64,000 bases of DNA from Candidatus Oxydemutatoraceae bacterium (GTDB lineage: Bacteria; Pseudomonadota; Gammaproteobacteria; Poriferisulfidales; Oxydemutatoraceae). A program made the position numbers and the translations under genes. Under the pieces are notes generated by a model that did not search any database, was not told the DNA's origin, and saw nothing but the letters and a program-made list of their open reading frames with translations. Where the stretch lies: positions 1,100,249 through 1,164,248 of the forward strand of contig OZ243040.1 in the NCBI GenBank assembly GCA_965211995.1. The letters are read 5' to 3'. This document shows positions 36,530-49,072 of the stretch, in pieces. How positions within the stretch are numbered: the first letter of the stretch is position 1; every line of letters begins with the position of its first letter.

Positions 36530-37696
36530 TCATTTCTTCCGGCCCCGGCGGAGCCGGTCAACGCCAGACTCCACGCGCTCGCGCAGCGGCGGCGACGCCT
36601 CGCCGGTGTTGCGCCGCTCGGCGGCGGCCGGCGCCATCCGGCCGGCGCCGCCGAGGATCTTGTCGATCGGCAGATAGAACAGGCTGTTGCCGCCGTCCAC
36701 GTCCATCAGCACCTTGCTGCTGTTCGACAGCACCGATTCGACCGCCTGCAAGTACAGCCGCTCACGCGTGACCTCGGGCGCCTTGCGGTACTCCCGATAC
36801 AGTTTCAGAAAGCGGTCGGCCTCGCCCGTGGAGTTCGCGATTATTTGCGCGCGATAGGCGGTCGCTTCCTCGATCATGCGCGCCGCCTTCCCGCGCGCCT
36901 GCGGAATAATGCCGTTGGCGTAGGCCTCGGCTTCGTTGATGAAACGGATCTCGTCCTCGCGCGCCTTGATCGCGTCGGCGAACGCGTCCTGCACCGCCTG
37001 CGGCGGCTGCGACTGCTGCAAGTTGACGCTGATCACTTCCAGGCCCGAGTGGTAGTCGTCGAGCGTCTCCTGCATCAGGGCCCGCATCCTGATCGCGATC
37101 TCGGCGCGCCCCGCGCCGAGCACAAAGTCCATTTCGCTCTTGCCGACGACCTCGCGCAAGGCGCTTTCCATGACCTGGAACAAAGTGCCTTCGGCCTGGT
37201 TGACCGCAATGTCGAACGCGTCGGGCAGACGCACGTTGAACAGGTAATCCGACGCGTCCTTGACACGGTACTGCGTGGCCAACTCGACTTCGACGATGTT
37301 TTCGTCCTCGGTCAGCATGTGGGTTTTGTTCTGCGCCGAGCGGATCCGGTCCACGTCCACCTTCTCGACCGACTCGACCGGATAAGGGATGTGCCAGTGC
37401 GGCCCGGGCTCGGTCATGTACTGATAGGCGCCGAAACGCAGTACCACGCCGCGGCTGCCTTCGCTGATGATATAGATCCCGGACAGCCCCCAGATCACCA
37501 GCGCGATAACAACGAAGAAACCGATGCCGAGCGAACCGAACTTGCCGATGCCGCCGCGCTTGCCGTCGCCCCCGCCCTCATCGCCGTCGCCGCCGCCGCC
37601 GCCGAGCAGCCGGCTCAGCGTCCGGCTCAGCTTCTTGAAGATCTCATCGAGATCGGGCGGTTGCCGATTGTCGTCCGGCGGCTGGTTCCAAGACAT
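36530..37696 (-). CDS. hflK: Protease modulator HflK
   Basis: MSWNQPPDDN...Gly-rich linker, TM segment and SPFH domain (GSRGVVLRFGAY). GGAGAG RBS. Confidence 0.92.
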   Translation of the reverse strand: MSWNQPPDDNRQPPDLDEIFKKLSRTLSRLLGGGGGDGDEGGGDGKRGGIGKFGSLGIGFFVVIALVIWGLSGIYIISEGSRGVVLRFGAYQYMTEPGPHWHIPYPVESVEKVDVDRIRSAQNKTHMLTEDENIVEVELATQYRVKDASDYLFNVRLPDAFDIAVNQAEGTLFQVMESALREVVGKSEMDFVLGAGRAEIAIRMRALMQETLDDYHSGLEVISVNLQQSQPPQAVQDAFADAIKAREDEIRFINEAEAYANGIIPQARGKAARMIEEATAYRAQIIANSTGEADRFLKLYREYRKAPEVTRERLYLQAVESVLSNSSKVLMDVDGGNSLFYLPIDKILGGAGRMAPAAAERRNTGEASPPLRERVESGVDRLRRGRKK

Positions 37697-37806
37697 TTAT
37701 CTCTCCACTCGGGTTGTTGGCGTTCGGCTCGTTAAAGACGATCGGGGTTGGGTCAAACGCGCCATTCTAACAAAAAACCCCGCGGCGTATCACGCCCCGC
37801 CCGGCT

Positions 37807-39237
37807 TCACAACTCCGACAATTCCATCTCGCATCCGAGGTCGGCGGCGCGCTTGAGCAGGCCGCCCGCCGCGTTGTCCGCAAGCCGCAACTGCAAACGC
37901 CATCCCCGGTCGCACAGGTATTCCTCGCGCACCACCTCGCCGCGCGCGTAAGCAAAAGAGCGCAAGCCCCCGGCGTCGGCCGGAATGCACGCTTCGTAGC
38001 AGCGCGTGCCCGGCGCCGCGAGTGCGGCGATCGCACGCTTCAATTCCTCCACGCCCGCACCGGTGTACGCCGACAGCGTCACCGACACGGGCCGCCCTTC
38101 GGCGTCGCGCACGACCGCCGCCGGCCGCCGCGTCAGATCGGACTTGTTGAACACGGTCAGCCGCGGGATCGCGTGCGCGCCGAGCGTATGCAGAACCCGC
38201 TCGACCTCGCTGCGGTATTCGCCGTGCTCGGCGGCCGCGGCGTCCACCACGTGCAGCAGCAGGTCGGCTTCGCGCACTTCGAGCAGGGTCGCGTTGAACG
38301 CCTCGATCAGCGTGTGCGGCAAATCACTGATGAAGCCGACGGTGTCGCTGAGCACCACGGTCTCGAGCACGCCGCCCCTGCCGGCGCCGCGGCCATAGCC
38401 GTTCAAAGGCAGCCGGCGCATCACCGGGTCGAGCGTCGCGAACAGCCGGTCGGCGGAATACGCCGCGGCCTCGGTCAGGCGGTTGAACAACGCGGTCTTG
38501 CCGGCGTTGGTGTAACCGACCAGCGCGACCGTCGGCAGGTTGTGCTTCTTGCGCAGGCGCCGCCCGAGGCGGCGGCGCGACTTGATCCGGTCGAGGCGCT
38601 TGTTGATCTCGGTCATGCGTCTGCCGATCAGGCGGCGGTCGGTTTCCAACTGCTTCTCGCCGGGCCCGCGCAGGCCGATGCCGCCCTTTTGCCGTTCGAG
38701 ATGGCTCCAGCCGCGCACCAGCCGCGTCGAAAGATAATCGAGTTGCGCGAGTTCGACTTGCAATTTGCCTTCGTGCGAGCGTGCGCGCTGCGAGAAAATG
38801 TCGAGAATCAGGCCGCTGCGGTCGAGCACGCGCGCGCGGCACAGGCGTTCCAAGTTGCGCTCCTGGCTCGGCGACAAGTCGTGATTGACGATCAGCAGTC
38901 GCACCTCGCTCGCCTCAAGAGCGCGGCTGATCTCCCCGGCCTTGCCGCTGCCGATGAAATACCCGGCCGTCGGACGCGCACGGTGGACGCGATAAAGGCC
39001 GCGAATTTCGACGCCGCCGGCTTGCGCGAGTTCGACGAATTCATTCAGCGGCGCGGCGCAGGCCGGCGCGCGCCTGCCGAGATCAACGTGCAGCAAACAG
39101 GCGGGTTGACCGACGCCGGCGGTCGCGCGGGCGGTCTCGGCAAACGCCGAAAATGCGGCGTCGCCGAACGGATTCCGTGCCCCGGGCCGAAAGTCGGCGG
39201 GGCGCGCACCGTCAAGGCTTTGTGAATTCTCCGGCAC
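37807..39237 (-). CDS. hflX: GTPase HflX
   Basis: G1 motif GYTNAGKTALFN, DTVGFI, NKSD. Lies upstream of hflKC. GTG start, uncertain. Confidence 0.9.
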   Translation of the reverse strand: MPENSQSLDGARPADFRPGARNPFGDAAFSAFAETARATAGVGQPACLLHVDLGRRAPACAAPLNEFVELAQAGGVEIRGLYRVHRARPTAGYFIGSGKAGEISRALEASEVRLLIVNHDLSPSQERNLERLCRARVLDRSGLILDIFSQRARSHEGKLQVELAQLDYLSTRLVRGWSHLERQKGGIGLRGPGEKQLETDRRLIGRRMTEINKRLDRIKSRRRLGRRLRKKHNLPTVALVGYTNAGKTALFNRLTEAAAYSADRLFATLDPVMRRLPLNGYGRGAGRGGVLETVVLSDTVGFISDLPHTLIEAFNATLLEVREADLLLHVVDAAAAEHGEYRSEVERVLHTLGAHAIPRLTVFNKSDLTRRPAAVVRDAEGRPVSVTLSAYTGAGVEELKRAIAALAAPGTRCYEACIPADAGGLRSFAYARGEVVREEYLCDRGWRLQLRLADNAAGGLLKRAADLGCEMELSEL

Positions 39238-39302
39238 GCGCTCAGCGTATCACAAGCGCGGTTTCGTCGCAGTCTGTTCGGCCAATCCCCCGCTTGCGCG
39301 AG

Positions 39303-39480
39303 AGCCTCTTTCAGTCACGCAATGCGACAAAAGAAAGCAGAGCAAGCCGCTGAAGACCACTCCCCCCTTGAGAGCAAGTCGGCCGAGCGCAGCCCGGCCG
39401 GTGGGAGGAAACACATAAAGACGATACCAACGGGCACCGGAGAATGACGGGCAACACCGGGTTCAAATTTGAACCCGGCG
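39303..39480 (+). mobile_element. Palindromic TIR element, copy D (inverted, degenerate ends; between the mutT/thiE-like gene and hflX)
   Basis: GCCGCTGAAGACCACTCCCCCCTTGAGAG...GGCCGAGCGCAGCCCGGCCGG...GGAGAATGACGGGCAACACCGGGTTCAAATTTGAACCCGG. The stop codon of the mutT/thiE-like ORF (39463-39465) lies inside it. Confidence 0.7.
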
Positions 39481-40605
39481 AGGACGCCGATCGAAACAGC
39501 GGATCCCGGCGATCCCCTGCGCCCCCCGTGCGCGTGCTTCGGCGAGATCTTCGCGGGCCATGCCGCCGAGAGCGTACACCGGGATCCGCGCGTCGCGCAC
39601 AATCTCCTCAAACGCGATGAACCCGAGAGACGCGGCATGACCGGGCGTCGGCTTGACCGGGCCGAGCACGCAGAAGTCGGCGCCCGCGGCCTCGGCCCGG
39701 CGCAGTTCGCCGCGGCCGTGGCACGACACCGCAAACCAAAGCTCAGGCGGCACCGGACGCTTCTCCCCCAGGCGCGCGAACGCCGCCTGGCTCAAATGGA
39801 CGCCCGCGGCCCCGCACGGCCCGACCTGTTCGGGGCGGTCGTGGAGCAGCAACTCCGCGCCGGCCTCACGCGCTTTCGCGGCAACCCGCGCGGCGAGCAG
39901 GCGATAGCCGCCGGCGTCCGCGTCTTTCGCGCGCAATACGATCAGGCGCACGCCGGATGCAAGTCTGAAGCGCGGCGTTGACCCGTTATCCTCCGGTGCC
40001 CGTCCGCATCGTTTTCCGTATTTCCCCCCGGCCGGGCCGCGCTCGGCCGGGGCCCCCTCAAGGGGGGAGCGGTTTTCGGCGGCCGGCTCTGCTTTCTGTT
40101 GCGGCACTTCGGATCGGCAGCCGGCAACGCCGCCGGCGAGCAGGTATTCACAGCGGCGTTCAATTTGCGCGAGCGGCGCCGCCGGCGTGATCGCGTATTC
40201 ATGCGGCAACTTGAGCGCGTTCAGGATCGCGCGGTTTGCGGGTGGAAATTCGTGCGCCGACAACGTGTTGACCGGGCGCCATGCGAGCCGGCCCGCAGCC
40301 GCGCCCGCGCCCGGGTCTTGATCGGTGCGCGCTTCGCGCACGTCGAGCAGCAGTCGGCGGTCGCCGTAATCGTAAGTAAACCGGATCACCGGCGCGCCGA
40401 CTTCGGCGGCGATGCCGATCTCCTCTTTGAGTTCGCGGCGCAACGCCTGCTCCGGAGACTCGCCGCGCTCGACCTTGCCGCCGGGGAATTCGAGGCGTCC
40501 CCCCTGATGACGCCGCGCGTCGCGCTGTGCGACGAGCACTCGCCCGGCGCGCGCGACCACGCCGAGGACGACGTGGATCGGGGGCGGGCGGGCGGCGCGC
40601 GGCAA
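39463..40605 (-). CDS. mutT: Nudix 8-oxo-dGTP diphosphatase (MutT) fused to a ThiE/TenI-like domain, carrying an in-frame element insertion
   Basis: Nudix box GGKVERGESPEQALRRELKEEIG. C-terminal TMP-synthase-like fold (IPVYALGGM). The same fusion and the same position after argJ-secA are seen in Pseudomonas. Element copy E encodes about 51-55 aa of the inter-domain region. Confidence 0.8.
   Translation of the reverse strand: MPRAARPPPIHVVLGVVARAGRVLVAQRDARRHQGGRLEFPGGKVERGESPEQALRRELKEEIGIAAEVGAPVIRFTYDYGDRRLLLDVREARTDQDPGAGAAAGRLAWRPVNTLSAHEFPPANRAILNALKLPHEYAITPAAPLAQIERRCEYLLAGGVAGCRSEVPQQKAEPAAENRSPLEGAPAERGPAGGKYGKRCGRAPEDNGSTPRFRLASGVRLIVLRAKDADAGGYRLLAARVAAKAREAGAELLLHDRPEQVGPCGAAGVHLSQAAFARLGEKRPVPPELWFAVSCHGRGELRRAEAAGADFCVLGPVKPTPGHAASLGFIAFEEIVRDARIPVYALGGMAREDLAEARARGAQGIAGIRCFDRRPRRVQI
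39952..40124 (-). mobile_element. Palindromic TIR element, copy E (inside the mutT/thiE-like gene, in frame)
   Basis: GCAAGTCTGAAGCGCGGCGTTGACCCGTTATCCTCCGG...CCCCCTCAAGGGGGGAGCGGTTTTCGGCGGCC...TTGCGGCACTTCGGATCGG. Confidence 0.85.
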
Positions 40606-40621
40606 GGCGTCGGCAAAAGCG

Positions 40622-41846
40622 TCAGGAACGATAGTCGGCGTTGATCCTGACGTAGTCGGCGGTCAGGTCCGAAGTCCACACCCGCGCCGATGCGTCGCCC
40701 GCGCCGAGCGCGATGCGGATCAATACGTCGGAACCGGCCAGCGCCGCGACTCCCCGCGCTTCTTCGTAGCCGGGGTCCAGCGCCCCTTTCGTCACCACTT
40801 TGACCTCGGTCGCGCCGCCGCCAAAATAAAAGTCCACTTTTTCGGCTGCGAGAGCCACCGGCGCGCGCCCGATCGCGGCGAGGATTCTGCCCCAGTTCGG
40901 ATCCCCCGCCGACAACGCGGTCTTGACCAGCGGCGAGTTCGCGACCGTCATTGCAACCGCCCGCGCGGCGGCGGCGGCGGGGGCGCGCTCGACCTCGATC
41001 GTCACGAACCGCGACGCACCTTCGGCGTCCCTGACGATCGCCTGTGCCAGCCCCTGCGTCACTTGCGACAGCGCCGCGGTGAACTCCGCGCGCCCGGCGT
41101 CGCCCAACGCCGAGAACCGCAGGCCCGAACGTCCGGTCGCGAGCAGCACGCACGCGTCGTTGGTCGAGGTGTCGCCGTCCACCGTGATCGCATTGAACGA
41201 GGTCTCGCAAGTCTCGGCGAGCAGGCGCTGCGCATCGGCGGCGGCGAGTTCGATATCGGTCGCAACAAACGCGAGCATCGTCGCCATGTCGGGGCGGATC
41301 ATGCCGGCACCTTTGGCGATGCCGGTGAGCGTCACCGGCGACTCGCTCCGCCCGCACCGACGCGCAACCCCCTCGCACTTCGGCACGGTGTCGGTGGTCA
41401 TGATCGCGCGCGCCGCATCGTCCCAGGCGTCGCCGGACAGCGCCGGCAGCAGCCCCGGCAGCACCGCCTCGATCTTGCCGGTCGGCAGGCGCCGGCCGAT
41501 GACGCCGGTCGAGAACGGCAGCACCGCTTCGCCCGGCACGCCGCCCAGGCGCGCCAACGCAGCGCAGCAATGCTTTGCGTCGGCGATGCCCTGCGCGCCG
41601 ACACCGGCGTTGGCGACGCCCGCGTTGATCAACAGATAGCGCGGCGCACATTGGGACAAATGCGCCTGCGCGACGACCACCGGCGCGGCTTTGAAACGGT
41701 TGCGCGTGAAGACCCCCGCCGCGACCGCGCCTTCGCACAGTTCGATCAGCGCAACGTCGTCACGACCGCTGTAACGCAGTCCCGCGGCGCCCGTCGCCAG
41801 CCTGACGCCGGCGACGGGCAGCGGCGGCGTGCCGCGCGGCTTCCCG

Positions 41847-41863
<17 letters not shown>
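40622..41863 (-). CDS. argJ: Bifunctional glutamate N-acetyltransferase / amino-acid acetyltransferase
   Basis: Motifs [26 protein letters not shown] and [10 protein letters not shown]. Confidence 0.95.
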
Positions 41864-45095
<3,232 letters not shown>

Positions 45096-45169
45096 GGCTC
45101 ACTCCAATCTTCGCCGCCTAGTGTAGCGAAAACCGCGGCGGCCATTCACGCACCGGCACCCGGAAGATG

Positions 45170-45346
45170 CCGGCTTCCGGCCCGGAGTACGACCAAAGCC
45201 GGCAGCGCAGGCCGCTGAAAATCACTCCGCCCTCAAGGGAAAGCCGGCCGGATTGCGCCCGGCCGGCGGAGGGAAACACAAAAGACGGCGCGGGCGGACA
45301 CCGGAGGATGACGGGCCGGCGCCGCACTTCAAACTTGAATCCGGCG
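45170..45346 (+). mobile_element. Palindromic TIR element, copy G (inverted; 5' of secA)
   Basis: ...GGCCGCTGAAAATCACTCCGCCCTCAAGGGAAAGCCGGCCGGATTGCGCCCGGCCGGCGGAGGG...GGAGGATGACGGGCCGGCGCCGCACTTCAAACTTGAATCCGG. Confidence 0.85.
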
Positions 45347-45381
45347 ACGTCCGGGAGACGCACAAGTCGGGCGCCCCGGTC

Positions 45382-46374
45382 TCAGCGGAAAGAGAGATGC
45401 TTGTGGGGATTGATCTGGCGGCCGCCTTTGAGCACTTCAAAGTGCAGGTGCGGGCCGGTCGAGCGCCCGGTGCCGCCGAGCAGCGCGATCACGTCGCCCT
45501 GCCTGACGGTTTGCCCCTCGGCGACGAGATTGATCTGGTTGTGGCCGTAGCGGGTGCTGTAATGGTTGCCGTGGTCAATCTCGATCATGTTGCCGTAGTG
45601 CCTGAACTCGCGCGCATACTTGATGACGCCGCTCGCGACCGCGTAAACCGGGGTGCCCTCGACGCCGGCGATATCAACCCCGGCGTGGTACTCGCGGCGC
45701 CCGCTGAACGGACTGAGGCGATACCCGAACTGAGAAGACAGCCAGCCGTTGGCGACCGGCCAGCCCAACGGCCTCATGCCCCTCGCCAATTCATCCTTGT
45801 TGATGATCTCTTTGAGCACCGACAGTTGCAACTCGCGCGCTTTGATGCGTGCATCGAGCTCGCCGACCAAAGACGTCATGCGCAAGCCGTCAACGCTGTA
45901 GTCCGCGGCGGCGCCGCCGCCGAGGCCCGGCTCGCCCAGAAAGTTGAACTCGTCCTGATCCAGGCCGTAGAGGTCCACCAGTTGGCTGCCGAGAATATCG
46001 AGGCGCGTCAGGCGCGCTTCAAACAGCCCGATTTTCCCGGTCAGCAGCGCCAGTTCGGCGTTCCACGCGGCGCTGTCCTCGGCCAAAAGCCGGCGCTGCT
46101 CGTCGATCCGGCCCTGCCACTGCGCGCGCAGCGTCTCGCGTCCCCACTCGGCGCCGATGAAATAACCCGCCGCCATCGCCAGCACGACGCCCGCGGCGGC
46201 GGCGGCGCCGACGAACGTCCAGGTCGCACGCGGCGCGGCGAGCCGCAGATAACGCCGTTGAAGGCGGCGGACGGCTTCGCTCAAACGCGCCGCCCGCGCC
46301 CGCGCCGCCCGTCGTATAAACTGCCGGGCTTGAGACGCCGGCCGCGCAACCGCTAATGAAAACACTCGACTCAT
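45382..46374 (-). CDS. M23-family (LytM-type) metallopeptidase
   Basis: HAGVDIAGVEGTPVYA...GHNQ...GGTGRSTGPHLHFEV. N-terminal TM segment and coiled coil. Start taken at the ATG at 46374 (uncertain). Confidence 0.85.
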   Translation of the reverse strand: MSRVFSLAVARPASQARQFIRRAARARAARLSEAVRRLQRRYLRLAAPRATWTFVGAAAAAGVVLAMAAGYFIGAEWGRETLRAQWQGRIDEQRRLLAEDSAAWNAELALLTGKIGLFEARLTRLDILGSQLVDLYGLDQDEFNFLGEPGLGGGAAADYSVDGLRMTSLVGELDARIKARELQLSVLKEIINKDELARGMRPLGWPVANGWLSSQFGYRLSPFSGRREYHAGVDIAGVEGTPVYAVASGVIKYAREFRHYGNMIEIDHGNHYSTRYGHNQINLVAEGQTVRQGDVIALLGGTGRSTGPHLHFEVLKGGRQINPHKHLSFR

Positions 46375-46661
46375 TCGTTGACCGAGACCTGCGCCGACGC
46401 GCGCGGCTGCTCGAGCGCATGACCGCCAGCGCGCGCAGCCGCCTGCCGCGCCACCACGCGGAGCATTGCTGGGTCGGGAACTACGCGGGAACATGTATCA
46501 CCTTAATCACCGACGACGCGGTATTCGCGACGCCGATACACTACCAGCAACAGGAGATAATCAAGCAACTGAACGAGGAATTCGGGGAGGAAACCGGCTG
46601 CCGCTTCAAAAAAGCGACGGTCCGCGTCTCGCGTTTTGCAATCCCCTGCACCGGCAAATAA
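46356..46661 (+). CDS. DUF721 / DciA-like small protein
   Basis: 101 aa (…CWVGNYAGTCITLITDDAVFATPIHYQQQEIIKQLNEEFG). Lies between lpxC and the M23 peptidase/secA, as in the conserved Pseudomonas arrangement. The family assignment is from memory of that arrangement. Confidence 0.6.
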   Translation: MKTLDSFVDRDLRRRARLLERMTASARSRLPRHHAEHCWVGNYAGTCITLITDDAVFATPIHYQQQEIIKQLNEEFGEETGCRFKKATVRVSRFAIPCTGK

Positions 46662-46711
46662 CCCCGGGAACCCGTCCGGGCTTGTGCGCCGGGCTGCGCG
46701 CACGGCCATCG

Positions 46712-47647
46712 TCAATAACGGTTCCTGGCGATCGACGCAAACACCAGAGGGGGAGCCTCTTCACCGTCTTCAAAAGTAATCTCCTCCCAGGCGGTTTCAT
46801 CCTCGAGGAGTTGTCTGAGCAAGCGGTTATTCAGAAAATGCCCTGACTTGTGCCCTTCAAACGCGCCGATCAAACTGTTGCCGAGCAGGTACAGATCGCC
46901 GATCACGTCGAGAACCTTGTGCTTGACGAATTCATCTTCGTAACGCAGCCCGTCCTCGTTGAGAATGCGATGGTCGTCAACCACAATCGCGTTATTCAGG
47001 CTGCCGCCCAGAGCGAGGTTCGCGGCGAGCAGCTTTTCGTAGTCCTTCTTGAAGCCGAAAGTCCGCGCGCGGCTGACCTCCTTGATAAAGGAAGTCGTTG
47101 AGAAATCAACCGAAACGACCTGCGGGCGGTTGCGGAAAATCGGGTGGTCAAAATCAATCGAGAAACTGACCTTGAAGCCTTTGCACGGCGCGAAACGCGC
47201 CCATTTGTCGCCGTCCGTGACTTCGACGGTTTTCCTGATGCGGGTGAACTTCTTCGCGGCATCCTGTTCTTCGATGCTCGCGGATTGCAGCAGAAACACA
47301 AACGGCCCCGCGCTGCCGTCCATGATCGGCACTTCCTCGGCGCTGACGTCAACGTACAAGTTGTCTATGCCGAGACCCGCGACCGCCGACAGCAAATGCT
47401 CGACCGTGGAAACGCTCGCGCCGTCCTTGCCGAGCGTCGTGGACAACGTCGTGTCCACCACGTTCTCGGCCAGGGCCGGAATATCAACGGGTTCATCAAG
47501 GTCCACCCGGCGGAAAATGACGCCGGTGTCGGCCACCGCCGGCCGCAACGTGAGATACACTTTTTTTCCGGTGTGCAGTCCGACACCGGTCGCACGGATT
47601 GAATTCTTTAAAGTTCTTTGCTTGATCAAGACTTTTTCCTGAATCAT
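46712..47647 (-). CDS. lpxC: UDP-3-O-acyl-N-acetylglucosamine deacetylase
   Basis: [55 protein letters not shown]. Confidence 0.96.
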   Translation of the reverse strand: MIQEKVLIKQRTLKNSIRATGVGLHTGKKVYLTLRPAVADTGVIFRRVDLDEPVDIPALAENVVDTTLSTTLGKDGASVSTVEHLLSAVAGLGIDNLYVDVSAEEVPIMDGSAGPFVFLLQSASIEEQDAAKKFTRIRKTVEVTDGDKWARFAPCKGFKVSFSIDFDHPIFRNRPQVVSVDFSTTSFIKEVSRARTFGFKKDYEKLLAANLALGGSLNNAIVVDDHRILNEDGLRYEDEFVKHKVLDVIGDLYLLGNSLIGAFEGHKSGHFLNNRLLRQLLEDETAWEEITFEDGEEAPPLVFASIARNRY

Positions 47648-47713
47648 CCCCGCCCGGTCCGCGCCGCCGCTGGGGGGCTTGCAGAAAATTGACTCTATCC
47701 AGGGAATTGGCGC

Positions 47714-47743
47714 ATTCTAGCAACAATCGGCGCGCTTTGGCAA
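47714..47743 (-). promoter_or_regulatory. Candidate sigma-70 promoter for lpxC
   Basis: The reverse strand reads TTGCCA, an 18-nt spacer, then TAGAAT. This lies about 67 nt upstream of the lpxC ATG. Confidence 0.4.
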
Positions 47744-47838
47744 GGCATCCGGCAGCGTTTGCGCACACTCGCCGCGGCCCTGCGGCCACCGCGGAGACGG
47801 AAAAAACCTAAATAGGATTAAGCGGTTAGAACGTCCAA

Positions 47839-49053
47839 CTAGTCCACCTGATGGCGAAGAAACGCCGGAATATCAAGGTATTTGCTGTATTCCTCATCGG
47901 GGTTTTCGCGCCCGCCGTCGCCGGCGCAATCCGGCCGACGCTTCACCGCCGGCGCGTCGTAGCCGCCGTAGTCCGGTCCTGAAGCCGGCCCCGAAGCCGA
48001 CCCCGGCACCGGTGCCAACTCGGGTTGCGGCAACACCGCGACCGGCTGGTCAGTCAACGGCTCGGCGTGCGCCACGGGCCCGGCGGCGGTCGCCGGCACG
48101 CCGCCCAGCCCGGTCGCAACCAGCGTCACCCTGAGTTGGTCGCCCATGCTCTCGTCGATCACCGTCCCGATGACGACGCTGGCGTCTGCGGCCGCGAGCT
48201 CCGACATGCACGACCCGATCTCATCGAACTCCCCCATCGTCAGATCGGTGCCGGCCATGATGTTCACGAGCACGCCGCAGGCGTTGGTCAGATCCACGTC
48301 CTCGAGCAGCGGATTGTTGATCGCCGCGTGCGCCGCCTCGTAAGCGCGGTTCTCGCCGCTCGCGCTGCCGTTGCCCATCATCGCCATGCCGGTATTCGAC
48401 ATCACTTTCTTGACGTCGGCGAAGTCGAGATTGACCAGCCCCTCGCGGGTGATGAGTTCGGCGATTCCCTGCACCGCGCTCAGCAGCACGTCGTCGGCTT
48501 CCTTGAACGCCTCGACCATCGGCCGATCCTTGCCGAGCACCGTGATCAATTTCTCGTTCGGGATCGTGATCAACGAATCGACGTGCTTGTTCAACTCCTC
48601 GATGCCACCGAGCGCGATCTGCATGCGCTGGTCGCGCTCGAACGGAAACGGCTTGGTCACCACCGCGACGGTCAGGCTGTTGATCTCGCTTGCGATCTCG
48701 GCGATCACCGGCGCCGCGCCGGTGCCGGTGCCGCCGCCCATGCCCGCGGCGATGAACACCATGTCGGCGCCCTTGAGCGCCGCACAGATGTTGTCGCGCG
48801 CCTCGATCGCGGCTTCGCGCCCGACCGCCGGATCGGCGCCGGCGCCGAGACCGTGGGTGACGCTTTCGCCGAGTTGCAAGGTCACGTCGGCCTTGCTCCT
48901 GCCCAGGGCCTGGGCGTCGGTGTTGGTCGAGATGAACTCAACGCCGTCAATGCCCCTGCCGATCATGTGCTCGAGCGCGTTGCCGCCGCCGCCGCCGATG
49001 CCGATGACCTTGATCACCGCGCTCCGCGTGATGTTTTCTACGATTTTGAACAT
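47839..49053 (-). CDS. ftsZ: Cell division GTPase FtsZ
   Basis: From the ATG at 49053 the product begins MFKIVENITRSAVIKVIGIGGGGGNA. GGGTGTGAAPVIA and a C-terminal DIPAFLR motif are present. Confidence 0.96.
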   Translation of the reverse strand: MFKIVENITRSAVIKVIGIGGGGGNALEHMIGRGIDGVEFISTNTDAQALGRSKADVTLQLGESVTHGLGAGADPAVGREAAIEARDNICAALKGADMVFIAAGMGGGTGTGAAPVIAEIASEINSLTVAVVTKPFPFERDQRMQIALGGIEELNKHVDSLITIPNEKLITVLGKDRPMVEAFKEADDVLLSAVQGIAELITREGLVNLDFADVKKVMSNTGMAMMGNGSASGENRAYEAAHAAINNPLLEDVDLTNACGVLVNIMAGTDLTMGEFDEIGSCMSELAAADASVVIGTVIDESMGDQLRVTLVATGLGGVPATAAGPVAHAEPLTDQPVAVLPQPELAPVPGSASGPASGPDYGGYDAPAVKRRPDCAGDGGRENPDEEYSKYLDIPAFLRHQVD

Positions 49054-49072
49054 AGTGATTTCTCCTGTGGTG

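Noticed and set aside
36530-37696. Gly/Asp-rich low-complexity stretch in HflK (GGGGGDGDEGGGDGKRGG) as another repeat-element insertion
   Set aside because: It has no DNA similarity to the palindromic element. Gly-rich N-terminal linkers are common in HflK.
47771-47795. CCGCGG...CCGCGG palindrome downstream of ftsZ as a rho-independent terminator
   Set aside because: On the transcribed strand the stem is short and no U-tract follows it.
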